Origin: Rhodothermales bacterium
GTDB taxonomy: Bacteria; Bacteroidota; Rhodothermia; Rhodothermales; VXPQ01
Assembly (NCBI GenBank): GCA_040904565.1
Contig: JBBDTI010000064.1
Coordinates: 32,001-96,000 of the forward strand
Length of the DNA stretch: 64,000 bases
Reading direction: 5' to 3'
Of the stretch, positions 8,975 through 20,200 are shown piece by piece (positions within the stretch are counted from its first letter, which is position 1; each line of letters starts with the position of its first letter). Position numbers and translations under genes: made by a program. Under the pieces are notes generated by a model, which saw nothing but the letters and a program-made list of their open reading frames with translations, had not been told where the DNA came from and did no database searches.

Positions 8975-10936
8975 TCAGGTCGGAAATTGCTTGATATGCT
9001 CCGTAGGCGGCTGTTTGCCCGTACCCGCCGCAACGGGCGACGCTTCGTGAATGTAGAACCGGTCGTTGGGCAACGTATCGTTATGGCGGCGTGCCGCGGA
9101 CGCCGCTTCCAACATCGACGCATCGGCGTTGTGACGCAGCTCGCCGATATTCTTCATGAAGTCGACCTCCATCAGGTCGAAGAGATGCTTGAACGCGGCG
9201 CGGTCCCGTTCGAACGCCGCGCCGGACGTCCCCCCGCGCAGCTGCGCATCCATCTTCGAGAGCGAGACGGACAGTGCAAACAGCATGATCGCGTTGTCGG
9301 CCAGGCGCGCCTGAACGGCCTGACGCTTGATGATCTCCTCCCGGTGCCTTTTACTCACCAGCTTAACGTGGTGCGCATGCTTCTGAATGAGACGGGACAG
9401 CCGGTCTCCGTACGATGCTAGGGCGGGGTGGATGGCATCGATACGAGGTGCCGGAGGCAGGATGCCCGCGAAGAGCTCAGCCGCAAGCGGCACGGCGCGT
9501 CGGAGTATGTCCGGATTCATAAGGTTCGATACGATGCGGGACAGATTTTCCGTGACGTCCTCCTCCTCGTCCCACCCTACGGCGTCCTGGACGCTCACCA
9601 TCGACTCGGCCAGTTGCTTGCCTCCGTAACCGAAGATGAACGACTGCATCACCTCGTTCGACCCTTCCACGATACGATGGATGCGGTTGTCGCGCCAGAC
9701 GCGTTCCAGCTCATTCTCCGCCATATAGCCCTCTCCTCCCATCAGCTGCATCGCGTCGTCGATGACCTCCCAACCGTAGTGAGAGCAAAACACCTTCGTC
9801 GCCGCCGTCTCCACCATGATGTCCGTGTCACCGCGATCGAGCATGCCCGTCGTCATGTAGAGCATGGCATCCATGGCATACGTGTACGCCGCCATCCGAG
9901 CGATCTTTTGCTGCACGAGCTCAAAGTCGGCCAGCGGCCGCCCGAACTGATACCGCGTCTGCACCCACTTGATGCTCTGATCCATCGCATGCTTGGCCGC
10001 ACCGCCGACTCCGGCCGACAGCGTGCAGCGGCCGAAATTCAGACAGCTCAGGGCGACGACCAGGCCCTTACCCTCCTTGAAGAGAAGATTTTCCTTCGGC
10101 ACGCGCACATCCGTGAAGCGGATGCGTGCCTGCCAGGTCCCTCGGATGCCCGCCTTGCTGCGATTCTTCTCGAACACCTCCACCCCCTCCATGTCGGGCG
10201 TACAGATGAGAGCCGTGACGCCTTCCTTCTCCTCACCTGTTTCCGGATCGACGATCTGCTGCTTGGCCATCACCGTAAAGAGGCCGCTGATCGCACCGGA
10301 GGTGCTCCACTTCTTCTCGCCGTTCAACACGTAATGTGAGCCGTCTTCCGACAGCACACAATAGGTCTCCTGACCGGCGGCATCCGATCCGGCGTTGGGC
10401 TCCGAGAGGCAGAACGCCGACAGCGTCTCGCGAGCTACCTGAGGCAGATAGCGGTCTTTCTGCGTCTCGCTGCCGAACAGCATGATCGCCTTGCAACCGA
10501 TCGACTGGTGCGCCGACACGACGACCGCCGTCGAAGCGCAGTGTTTTCCGATCAGCTCTAGGACGCGGTTGTAGCTCGTCACGCCGAGACCCAATCCGCC
10601 GTACTTCTCCGGGATGGTCATTCCCATCACCCCGAGACCGAACAACCGCCTGATGACCCATTCGGGGATATATTCTTCCTGGTCGATGAGCACGGATGGA
10701 TGCTCGTCGTTCAGGTAGGCGCCAAGCCGATCCATGAGCGCGTCACAATCGCGGCGCTCCGACTCGGACACTTCCGGATACGGCAGGACCAGATCACCCC
10801 GAAAGCGTCCCCAGAACAGATTTTTAATGAACCCCATCCGCCCTGGCTCAGGCCCGAGCATGGTCTCGACGTCCCGCAGCATCTGTTTGTCGGCCGCCGA
10901 GACGTTCTTGAGTGTCGTTAATTTCGATTCGGACAT
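8975..10936 (-). CDS. Long acyl-CoA dehydrogenase (ACAD9/VLCAD-like)
   Basis: AFCLSEPNAGSDA, LNGEKKW, RYQFGRPL, RIHRIVEGSNEV, plus a C-terminal extension (653 aa). Confidence 0.92.
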   Translation of the reverse strand: MSESKLTTLKNVSAADKQMLRDVETMLGPEPGRMGFIKNLFWGRFRGDLVLPYPEVSESERRDCDALMDRLGAYLNDEHPSVLIDQEEYIPEWVIRRLFGLGVMGMTIPEKYGGLGLGVTSYNRVLELIGKHCASTAVVVSAHQSIGCKAIMLFGSETQKDRYLPQVARETLSAFCLSEPNAGSDAAGQETYCVLSEDGSHYVLNGEKKWSTSGAISGLFTVMAKQQIVDPETGEEKEGVTALICTPDMEGVEVFEKNRSKAGIRGTWQARIRFTDVRVPKENLLFKEGKGLVVALSCLNFGRCTLSAGVGGAAKHAMDQSIKWVQTRYQFGRPLADFELVQQKIARMAAYTYAMDAMLYMTTGMLDRGDTDIMVETAATKVFCSHYGWEVIDDAMQLMGGEGYMAENELERVWRDNRIHRIVEGSNEVMQSFIFGYGGKQLAESMVSVQDAVGWDEEEDVTENLSRIVSNLMNPDILRRAVPLAAELFAGILPPAPRIDAIHPALASYGDRLSRLIQKHAHHVKLVSKRHREEIIKRQAVQARLADNAIMLFALSVSLSKMDAQLRGGTSGAAFERDRAAFKHLFDLMEVDFMKNIGELRHNADASMLEAASAARRHNDTLPNDRFYIHEASPVAAGTGKQPPTEHIKQFPT

Positions 10937-11230
10937 GTCAGGTGGTTGCGTTCAGTTGCTGGTGCCGCCGGTCGGCAAGAGGGCTCGTCGACCGGTAGCC
11001 GGTCTACCCCGTGCATCGATCGCCCGTGTCTGAAATAAGCATCTATAACCGTGCCGAACCCCACGCATGGGGCTTCCGGTCCCGCGTACGCCTTTGCAAG
11101 TACATGGCCGAAAGCGCTTCCGGTTTCTTCGATGTCGCTCTTTCGGAGAAAATTCTACGCTTCCTCGAAAGAAGCGGTCTGCCCAGTCCCTTTATTGATA
11201 TCGTCTCTTCTCAGTGGATATCCTTCAATC

Positions 11231-12067
11231 ATGCCGACACCCACGTTTTCGGAGCGACTTCAGGCCGTTCAGCGCAGCACGTCGTCTGTGCTGTGCGTTG
11301 GACTCGATCCCGACCTGGACCGTCTCCCGAGGCACCTAACGGACGGCGCATCTCCCGCGGAGGCCGTCCTCACCTTCCATCGAGCCATCATTGAAGCCAC
11401 GGCCTCCGTCGCGTGCGCCTATAAGCTCAACCTCGCGTTCTTCGAGGCTCTCGGAGCGGCTGGATGGGAAGCTATTCGATCCACCCTGGAGGCCATCCCG
11501 GACGACGTCCTGACCATTGCTGACGGAAAGCGCGGTGATATCGGTAATTCGGCCCGCTTTTACGCCCGTTCCACCTTCGAGCAGCTCGGCTTCGATGCAT
11601 GCACCGTGTCGGGCTACATGGGAGAAGACAGCGTCACACCTTTTCTCCAGTACTCGGGGCGCGGCGTGTTCCTCCTTGCGCGGACGTCGAATCCGGGCGC
11701 GACCGATTTCCAGGAGATCTCCTGCGGAGAGGCTCCCTTTTTCGAACATGTCGTGCGAACCGCTACCAAATGGGACGCCGACCTGCCCGGAACGCTCGGC
11801 TTCGTGGCCGGCGCCACCGACATCGACGCGTTGCGGCGCATTCGAGCGCTCGCTCCGACCGCTCCGCTTCTGATCCCCGGCATCGGCGCGCAGGGCGGCG
11901 ACGCCGGCGCGGTGATGCGCGTGGCCGCCGCGCTCGGAGCGCCGGTCCTGATTAACAGCAGCCGATCGATCATTTACGCCTCCGAAGGGCGGGATTTCGC
12001 CGAGGCGGCTGCTCGCGAAGCGGAATCGCTTCGTTCGCTGCTCGCAGGCACGGATATGCTTCCATAG
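11231..12067 (+). CDS. pyrF: Orotidine-5'-phosphate decarboxylase
   Basis: LCVGLDP, DGKRGDIGNS, LLIPGIGAQGG, NSSRSII; start refined to ATG 11231. Confidence 0.96.
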   Translation: MPTPTFSERLQAVQRSTSSVLCVGLDPDLDRLPRHLTDGASPAEAVLTFHRAIIEATASVACAYKLNLAFFEALGAAGWEAIRSTLEAIPDDVLTIADGKRGDIGNSARFYARSTFEQLGFDACTVSGYMGEDSVTPFLQYSGRGVFLLARTSNPGATDFQEISCGEAPFFEHVVRTATKWDADLPGTLGFVAGATDIDALRRIRALAPTAPLLIPGIGAQGGDAGAVMRVAAALGAPVLINSSRSIIYASEGRDFAEAAAREAESLRSLLAGTDMLP

Positions 12068-12082
12068 TCGCGAATCGCGCGC

Positions 12083-12136
12083 CTCGTGCTCGATACCTGG
12101 CTCGTGCGCGATGCCTGGCTCGTGCTCAATCCGGCT
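12083..12136. repeat. Three 18-bp tandem repeats (CTCGTGCKCRAT..)
   Basis: ctcgtgctcgatacctgg / ctcgtgcgcgatgcctgg / ctcgtgctcaatccggct just after the pyrF stop. Confidence 0.8.
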
Positions 12137-12226
12137 GCTTCATGTGCAATCTTCCCTCCTTGTGAGCGCGAGAGGTTATGCCGGAGGCGACCGTGTGTCT
12201 TAGGGGGTAGAAGCAACCCCGCGGCC

Positions 12227-13621
12227 ATGCCATCTACCTATTTCTACGGATTTTCCGACGACGTTCTGGAAGTCGTCCTGCACGAACCGAAATCCGGACT
12301 CGTACCTGAAGCGCTCGTGCAGGACATCTGGCTGAACCGGCGGATCACACGTCGGGGACTCTCCACCACGGACGGTACCTCGCTCGAGGTGCTGTACCCC
12401 GGGCGGCTGAACACCGACGCTGGACCCGACTTCCTCGGTGCGCGGCTACGAATGGGACCGACCCTGTGGAACGGCGCCGTCGAGATCCACGTGACGTCCG
12501 GGAGCTGGCTGGATCATCGGCATGGCGACGACCCGCGCTACAATGCGACCGTGCTCCACGTCACCCTGTACGCCGATATGTGGACCGGGCGACTGCGGCG
12601 TGCCGACGGTTCGACCCTCCCGGAACTCGTGCTCTATCCCCTCCTCGAGGAACGCCTCCGGTCGCTCCTCCGTGCCTTCTACCTGCGCACGGAGCAGCGT
12701 ATATACTGTGCCGGCGGATGGGACCGCGTTCCAGACGCCGTGCGCGCCCGATATCTCCGCGAGCTGGCAATGGAACGTACGGTATCGCGCTCACGACGTT
12801 TTGCGTCCGGCGACGCGCACCAGGTGTTCTACGAAGCGACGTTTGCGGGGCTCGGCTATGCCAAGAATGCCCAGGCCATGCGCACGCTCGCGCAGACCGT
12901 GCCGCTCGAGGCATGCCGCACGGTGAGCGAATCCGCCGACATCGAGGCCCTGTATCTGGGTTGCTCCGGCTTGCTGCCCCAGCCGGCGGCTCTCCTGGAG
13001 GCCGATCGCGCGACGGCCGACTACGTGATGGAACTGCACGATCGGTTCGATCGCCTCCGACACCGGCTGGCACTTACCGCCATGCCGGCTTCATCCTGGC
13101 GCTTCTTTCGACTTCGACCCGCCAATTTCCCTCCGCTTCGAATCGCTCAGGCCGCGGCACTTCTCCGGCCGGATGGGCTTCCGCGGGAGGATCCGATGCC
13201 TCGGCTTTCGGCAGCTGCCCGCGTTCGTGAGCCGCTTGCGGCCCTGCGGGCCGTCTTCGATGTCAGGCTCGATCCATTCTGGGACGAGCATTTCCGGCTG
13301 GAGAAGCGTACGACGCCTCACAGCTCCAGGATCGGCCGCCAGCGGATCGATGCCCTGCTCATTAACGTCGTGGTGCCTGCGCTGCTGGCTCTCGCCCGCC
13401 AGGCCGGCGAAGACGACGAGGCATGCTGGCGGCTTCTGGAACAACTCCCCGCCGGAAGCGACGAGGTAACCCGCCTGTTCGATGCCCTGGGCACGCGACC
13501 GGGCACGGCGGTGGACTCCCAGGGGCTCCATCAGCTCTATCGAACCCGTTGCTCGCAGGCACGATGCCTGTCCTGCCGGATCGGCGAAGAAGTCCTCGCA
13601 CGAATCCCCCGAGATACCTGA
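12227..13621 (+). CDS. DUF2851 family protein
   Basis: GPDF..A..W.G.VEIH..W..H.H..DP.Y...LHV and FRLRPANFPPLRIAQ motifs, C-terminal C..C..C; start refined to ATG 12227. Confidence 0.88.
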   Translation: MPSTYFYGFSDDVLEVVLHEPKSGLVPEALVQDIWLNRRITRRGLSTTDGTSLEVLYPGRLNTDAGPDFLGARLRMGPTLWNGAVEIHVTSGSWLDHRHGDDPRYNATVLHVTLYADMWTGRLRRADGSTLPELVLYPLLEERLRSLLRAFYLRTEQRIYCAGGWDRVPDAVRARYLRELAMERTVSRSRRFASGDAHQVFYEATFAGLGYAKNAQAMRTLAQTVPLEACRTVSESADIEALYLGCSGLLPQPAALLEADRATADYVMELHDRFDRLRHRLALTAMPASSWRFFRLRPANFPPLRIAQAAALLRPDGLPREDPMPRLSAAARVREPLAALRAVFDVRLDPFWDEHFRLEKRTTPHSSRIGRQRIDALLINVVVPALLALARQAGEDDEACWRLLEQLPAGSDEVTRLFDALGTRPGTAVDSQGLHQLYRTRCSQARCLSCRIGEEVLARIPRDT

Positions 13622-13705
13622 TAGGTCTCGCTCCCCTTTAATCCGTTGCGGCGAGCCCCTATTTTAGCCGGGAGACGTTTCCAGATCCATCCAATCCGCC
13701 CCACC

Positions 13706-14017
13706 GTGCTCGTTCGCCTCGTACGCATGACGTTCCGTCCCGACCGGGTCGACACGTTTCTATCCATCTTCGACGAGTCGGCACCACGTATCCGGGTCTT
13801 CCCGGGATGCACGCACCTGGAGCTGCTGCAGGACCATACCTACCCGAACGTGCTCACTACGCTCAGCCACTGGGATCATGACGATGCCCTGCAGCGCTAC
13901 CGAGCCAGCAATCTTTTTCGAAGCACCTGGTCCCGCACCAAACCCCTCTTTGCTGCGCCGCCGGAGGCCTACAGTCACCATCTTCTCCGCGAACATCCCG
14001 TACCGGATCGGGCTTAA
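13706..14017 (+). CDS. Antibiotic-biosynthesis monooxygenase (ABM) domain protein
   Basis: LVRLVRMTF...FPGC.HLEL...W...L..YR.S.LF..TW...KPLF pattern; GTG start at 13706. Confidence 0.85.
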   Translation: MLVRLVRMTFRPDRVDTFLSIFDESAPRIRVFPGCTHLELLQDHTYPNVLTTLSHWDHDDALQRYRASNLFRSTWSRTKPLFAAPPEAYSHHLLREHPVPDRA

Positions 14018-14120
14018 TTCTCTATTGGACTGGCCGATACGTAGGATATAGTAGGTCACCCTAACCGGAGTCTCCGTATCTCCCCACGACGGAACCCCGC
14101 AACCGCCGTCCACGCCCTCC

Positions 14121-15026
14121 ATGCCAGAGACCCAGCGCATCACGCCGGCCACGCGCATCGACCGGAAACCGAATTTCGATATTCGCTTTCCGCCCCTGCC
14201 CCGAACGGTCGCAGAGGTCACGAAGCTCGTTGCGGACAAGCGTGACGTGCCGGATACGCCCCGACTGGTCAGCGTCGTAAATTCCGACCCCGTCGTCGCG
14301 GGATCCGTCCTGCGTCGGATCAACTCGGCGTACTACGGCGTCCGTCGACGCGTCGGCGACATCCACAAGGCCGTGCATCTGCTGGGATTCGAAGAAGTGT
14401 GCGATATCGTCCTTACGTCGGGCATGATGCGCCTGCAGGACATTCTCAACTCCGGGGAGCAGGCGCGCATCTTCGACCAGATCATGCGTATGAGCGTGGG
14501 CACGGCGTCGTTTTCGAAAAAGATCGCGGCACACCTGAATCTCTATCAGCAATCATCCGCATTTACACTGGGCCTGCTGCACACGTGCGGACGGCTCGTG
14601 CTCCTCTACAACCGGCCGGACGATTACGAGGCGCTGTGGTGCACGAATGATTACGGTTTCGCACCGACGGTTACGTCGGAGCAAATCATCTTCGGAACGG
14701 ATCACGCCGAGCTGGGCTCCATGGCCGCTGACAGCTGGCATCTGCCCGAATTCGTGGTTAAGGTCATACGACAGTACCTCACGCCGGGACATCTCGAGGA
14801 CCACGAGCTACGGGTGCTTGGACTAACCCTGGCCGTGTCGGCCAATGCGTGCGAACGCCTCTGCCTGGATCCCTCACTCACTGAAGCACGCTTCGAGCCA
14901 TCCGCCGCACTCCACCTCCTCGCCAAAGCGACGCGCAAGAGTCCGGCTGAAATCGTCGAGGTCGTCGAATCGAGCTGGCGTGAAGTGTTCGACTACACGC
15001 ACAGCATGGTCGACCCCGAGTCATAG
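14121..15026 (+). CDS. Stand-alone HDOD domain signalling protein
   Basis: PPLP, DPVVAGSVLRRINSAYYG, AFTLGLLHTCGRL, DHAELG...W.LP. Confidence 0.9.
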   Translation: MPETQRITPATRIDRKPNFDIRFPPLPRTVAEVTKLVADKRDVPDTPRLVSVVNSDPVVAGSVLRRINSAYYGVRRRVGDIHKAVHLLGFEEVCDIVLTSGMMRLQDILNSGEQARIFDQIMRMSVGTASFSKKIAAHLNLYQQSSAFTLGLLHTCGRLVLLYNRPDDYEALWCTNDYGFAPTVTSEQIIFGTDHAELGSMAADSWHLPEFVVKVIRQYLTPGHLEDHELRVLGLTLAVSANACERLCLDPSLTEARFEPSAALHLLAKATRKSPAEIVEVVESSWREVFDYTHSMVDPES

Positions 15027-15041
15027 CAACCCGGAACCCGC

Positions 15042-15650
15042 TCAGTGCCCGTCAGCCCCGTCCGGACCGGCGACCACCTGCACCGGCATGTCCAGCCGAA
15101 AATCGGCCCGTAGGGCGGCACCCGACTCCACGCGCCGTACCACCTCATTCACGGTCAGCACGCTTCCGCGGTCCGCTATCCTCGGATAATACGGCGGAAC
15201 GAGCGCATACGGACGAGCCTCGTCGATAGCTGACGACATCGCTGCTTCGCCGAAGGCATCGTAGACGTAGCGCAGCAGACTCTGATACCTGCCCCGAACC
15301 AGATGCCGAGCGCCGACGAGTGCTCCGTACACGCGGCTCAGCGTGCGATAGCCGGCGTCAGCCGAAAGTCGCGCGGCGGTCGCACCGTGTTCGTCCAGAG
15401 CCGCAGCGTGAGCCCGAACCAGCTCCGCGTAATGCGCGGCGACGGCCTCGAGTATCGGATGATCCGTCGCGGCCGATTCAAGCGCGCGGAGGTCTGCCCG
15501 GGCACGCGCTAAATCTTCCTCGAAGCGATCGAGAACGCGCTCGATCTGTCGATACGTTGCTGCTTCGGTTCCATATCCGCCGTACGACCGGCATCCGGAA
15601 ACGAGCAGAAATACGATAAGGAGGACGGTCCACGTCCACTTGCGACTCAT
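15042..15650 (-). CDS. Hypothetical lipoprotein
   Basis: Lipobox LVSGC after a hydrophobic stretch; helical/coiled-coil body. Confidence 0.7.
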   Translation of the reverse strand: MSRKWTWTVLLIVFLLVSGCRSYGGYGTEAATYRQIERVLDRFEEDLARARADLRALESAATDHPILEAVAAHYAELVRAHAAALDEHGATAARLSADAGYRTLSRVYGALVGARHLVRGRYQSLLRYVYDAFGEAAMSSAIDEARPYALVPPYYPRIADRGSVLTVNEVVRRVESGAALRADFRLDMPVQVVAGPDGADGH

Positions 15651-15712
15651 AGGGTTAGGTAGCGAGAACGGTTCGTAATTCGTCTTTCGGCCCGACCGAA
15701 GCCTGCCGTAGA

Positions 15713-16981
15713 TTAAATAATCGTGTCGTCCGGAATGTGAACGTTCTTGGGAATCACGACGATGCCGTCGCGGATGAAATAATCCTCCCCGTCATATTCA
15801 TCGACGTTGTCGCGGTTTTTAATGATGCAGCGTTTCCCGATGCTCACGTTGCGATCGATGATGGCCCCTTCGATATACGATTCCTCACCCACACCAGGCC
15901 GGTCGGGGCCCTCCACCGGATCGCGCAAACCGGGGTCGTGCCACGGATAGTAGTCCGCCCCCATGAAGACCGTGTTCTTGATCGTCGTATTGTTGCCGAT
16001 GAACGATCGCAGCCCGATCACCGACTGCGATATCTGGCTATTAATGATAACGCTGGCCTCGCTGATCAGCGACTCCTGTACAAACGAGCTCACAATTTTT
16101 GCCGGCGGCAGAATGCGTGCGTTCGTATAGAGCGGCGCCGTCGCATTATAGATATCGTACTCCGGATACCGTTTGCCAAGCATGAGATTGGCGTCGAAGA
16201 ACGAACGAATCGTACCGACGTCGCTCCAGTACCCTTCGAACGGGTAGCTCGCGACGCGGCGGTTGGCGATCGCCTTGGGGATGATTTCGTGTCCGAAATC
16301 GTGCTCCTCCGGATTTTCCTCAAGCATTTCCTGCAAGAGACCCTTATTGAACACGTAGATGCCCATCGACGCCAGGAACGTGCGCCCCTGGTCCCGCATC
16401 TCCGTGCTGACGGGGCTGTCCTTCCCTTCCAGCTCGTCCTGGGCCGGTTTCTCGTGAAATTCCGTAACGATCCCATCTTCGTCTGTCTTCAGGATCCCGA
16501 AAGCGGATGCCTCCTCCCCCCGCACCGGTATCGTGGCCAGCGTAACATCTGCCTTACTGTCTACGTGGTGCCGCAGCATCTTCCGATAATCCATCGTATA
16601 GAGCTGGTCGCCCGAAAGAATGAGCACGTGGGAATGGCGATACGGCTTCAGGTGCGGCATCGACCGCCGTACGGCATCTGCCGTACCCTGAAACCAGTCT
16701 TTCGACTCGGACGTCTGCTCCGCCGCGATAATGCTGACGAAACCCTCCCGAAAGCGATCGAAAGCATAGGAGCGCGCGATGTGCCGGTTGAGGCTGGCGG
16801 AGTTATACTGCGTCAGGACGAAAATCCTGTTGATGCCCGAATTGATAGAGTTGGAAACCGGAATATCGATCAGGCGATACTTACCGCCCAGCGGCACGGC
16901 CGGCTTCGCCCGGTGCATGGTAAGCGGGTACAGACGGGTTCCAGCCCCGCCTCCGAGGATAACGGCCAAGAGTTCTTCCAT
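15713..16981 (-). CDS. glgC: Glucose-1-phosphate adenylyltransferase
   Basis: ILGGGAGTRLYPLT..RAKPAVP, WFQGTADAV, LSGDQLY, C-terminal beta-helix. Confidence 0.97.
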   Translation of the reverse strand: MEELLAVILGGGAGTRLYPLTMHRAKPAVPLGGKYRLIDIPVSNSINSGINRIFVLTQYNSASLNRHIARSYAFDRFREGFVSIIAAEQTSESKDWFQGTADAVRRSMPHLKPYRHSHVLILSGDQLYTMDYRKMLRHHVDSKADVTLATIPVRGEEASAFGILKTDEDGIVTEFHEKPAQDELEGKDSPVSTEMRDQGRTFLASMGIYVFNKGLLQEMLEENPEEHDFGHEIIPKAIANRRVASYPFEGYWSDVGTIRSFFDANLMLGKRYPEYDIYNATAPLYTNARILPPAKIVSSFVQESLISEASVIINSQISQSVIGLRSFIGNNTTIKNTVFMGADYYPWHDPGLRDPVEGPDRPGVGEESYIEGAIIDRNVSIGKRCIIKNRDNVDEYDGEDYFIRDGIVVIPKNVHIPDDTII

Positions 16982-17255
16982 TCCAGATCACCTTACTAAA
17001 CGTTCCCAAACGCGTTTTCGACAAAGTAACGATGCGCTCCGACTAATGTAGGGCCGTTGCAAGATTGTGCATCTCTCCGATGCACTCCGCGCTAATCGCT
17101 GCGAGATACGTCAGGATGCCTCGACCGATCATTGAAACACCTTCTCGCCTCCGACGGTACACAACGCTCGTGCCTCGTGCATTAAGTCGACGTTTGAATA
17201 CACGCCGACTTGCTTCACGAGGTGCTGGAAGCGCCTTTCCGCAGTACCCTGTCTC

Positions 17256-20200
17256 ATGAGCGAACAATCACTCGAACTGCTCGCGCGCATTCGTCGGCGC
17301 CTCCAGGCGGCCTCCCGACGGATCACGCTGGCCGATCTGCTTTTCGGTGCCGCTACCACGATAGGGTTGAGCTCCCTCCTCTGGCTGCTTTCCACCGCTG
17401 TCGAAGCTGGATTCTGGTTGGAGGCCGGATTCCGAACGGTACTGTTCTGGATCGTCGTCGCTGCATCCGGAGGAGCGGCCGCCTACTACGTACTGGTGCC
17501 GCTGCTGCGCATTGCAGGCATCGTTCCCGGACCGTCCGCGGAACACCTCGCCGGCAAAATCGGCGAGCGGTTTCCCGAGATCGGAGACCGTCTCGTGAAC
17601 CTGCTCGACCTGTCGCAGGGGCGCCGCAGCGATGCTCCCGAAGAGCTCGTCGACCGTGCGGTGCAGATGCTCGGGCGGGACGTCGAGCCGGTGACCTTCG
17701 AAGACGTGGCCGATTTTTCGCGAGCCCGGCGCGCGCTCCGCATAGCCGGTATCCCCATCGTCTCGCTGCTTCTTTTTCTGGCCGCCGCTCCGGACACGTT
17801 CATCAGTGCCTCGCACCGGTTGCTTTCACCCGGCGCACAGTTCGATCAGCCGGCTCCCTTCCGCCTCCAGGTGGAACCGGGTACGGTGGAGATCGCTCGC
17901 GGCGCGGCACTTAACGTTCGGGTAGAGGCTGTAGGAGACGATCGGCCTCAGACGCTCTCGCTCGAAGTGAACCACGCAGACGAGGATCACGTCGATACGA
18001 TACGGCTGACGGCAGATTCTACGGGTTCGTTTCAACATCATTTCGCCAGCGTTCGGCGATCGTTTCGATACCGTGCCAGCGCGACGCCCGTTACGTCGCG
18101 GTGGTACGAGACCTCCGTCGTGGAGTACCCTGTCGTGCAGAGCCTTCAGGCGACGCTGCAGTTCCCCTCGTACGCCGACCTGCCTCCGAGACGGCTCGAC
18201 CCGAACGTGGGCGATATTTCAGGCCTTCCGGGTACACGCGTCGAGCTGAACCTCTCGTTGGCCGGCTCCGATGCGACGTCGGCCGCCATCCGATTCGACG
18301 ACGATTCGACCGTGCCGCTCGAACTCGATGGAGACCGTGCCACGGGCTCCTTCACGCTCACGCGCGAAGGCTCGTATCAGATCATGCTGGAGAATGACCG
18401 GGGCATTTCCAACCGTGACCCCATCCGGTATGCCATGGACCTTCAAGAAGACGCCGTGCCCTCGGTAGTCATCGTGCGGCCCGGGACGGATGCCGTCCTA
18501 ACGGATGCTCTCGAACGTCTGATCGAGACGCGTATTATCGACGACTACGGATTCCGCGACCTCACGCTGAACTATCGGCTTGCCGAGAGCAGGTTCAAGA
18601 CGGCGTCCGACTCCTTCTCGACCATCGACCTGCCGGTGGAAGATAAGCGCCGGCTCGACCAGGTCGTAACGTATGACTGGGACCTCGGCGCATCGACGCC
18701 GCTGGACCCCGTGCCGGGAGACATCATCGAGTACTTCGTCCGCGTGCGAGACAACGACACGTTCGCCGGCTATAAGTCTGCCGAAACGCCGCGTCATAGG
18801 CTTCGCCTGCCCTCCCTCGCCGAGCAGTACGAGCAGCTCGATCAGGAGCAGGAAGCCGCCGAGTCGCAGGTGGAAAGTATGCTCGAGGAGGCCCGCCGCA
18901 TCGACGAGCAGTTCAGACAGCTGCGTGACGAGGTGAGGCGGAAGCAGGACGGCGACTGGGAAGATCAGCGGCAGATCGAACAGATCCAGGAGCGGCAGCA
19001 GCAACTCGAGAACCGGGTCGACGATCTTTCGAGGCAGATGGAGTCGATCAATGAATCGGCGCGCCGAAACGACCTGCTGAGCCCGGAAACCCTCGAAATG
19101 TATGAGGAGATGCAGCACGTCGTCGAAGAGATCAATTCCCCGGAATTACAGGAGGCGCTGGAGCAGCTTCGGCAGTCGATCGAAAACCTGGATCTGTCCC
19201 AGATGCAGCAGGCGATCGAAAACTTCGAATTCAATGAAGATCAGTATCGCCGGCGGCTGGAACGTACCCTGGAACTGTTCAAGAATCTTCGCGCACAGCA
19301 GCGTCTCGAGGAAGCGGCCCGCCGTGCCGAAGAGATCGCCCGCCAGCAAGAAGAACTGTCCGAAGAGACGGGCAGCTTGATGGAAGAGATGGAAGAGGCG
19401 TCCCCATCGCCGGATCCGTCCGACCGGAATGCAGCCGAGGAGAACCCGTCCGACCGGAACGCATCCGATGACGAGCCGTCCGACGCCGAACGCCTCGCAC
19501 AGCAGCAGGAGCGCTCCCGTGAAGAGATGGAACGGCTCGAGGAGCTGCTCCGCGAGGCACAGCAGCAGCTCGAAGAGATGCGGCGCGGCCCGGCTCGTGA
19601 GATGCAGGAATTGAATGAGTCGCTGCGACAGAGGCAGATGCCCGAGCAGATGCAGGACAACGCGCAACAACTGCGGCGGGAGCAGCTTCAGGACGCCCGG
19701 TCCGGGCAGCAGCAGATGCAGCAGCAGATGCAGCAATTGCAGCAGCGGCTGCAGCAGATGCAGAGCTCCATGCAGGGGTCGCAGATGGACGTGAACCTGG
19801 CCGGACTGCGGCGGGTGCTCGGCGATGTCCTTACGCTCTCCCACGAACAGGAATCACTCCGGGCCGCCCTGCGCGGTACGGTATCGGATGCCCCGGCCCT
19901 GCGCGAGGATGCCCGGAAACAGGTCGAACTTTCCGAAGGGCTGAGCACCGTCGTCGACTCCCTCCGGCAGCTCGGCGGCAACATCCCTCAACTCAGCCGG
20001 GAGGTGCAGCGCCTGTCCGGACAGGCCCTCCGCGAGATGGGCGCGGCCACGGAGGCGATGTCCGAGCGCGCGGTCGGGGAGGCCTCCGGCTATCAGACGG
20101 CGGCCATGATGAACATGAACGAGCTGGCACTGCTGCTGTCGGACGTGCTCAATCAGCTCATGAACCAGTCCGGTTCGGGCGACGGCCAGGGCAACATGCA

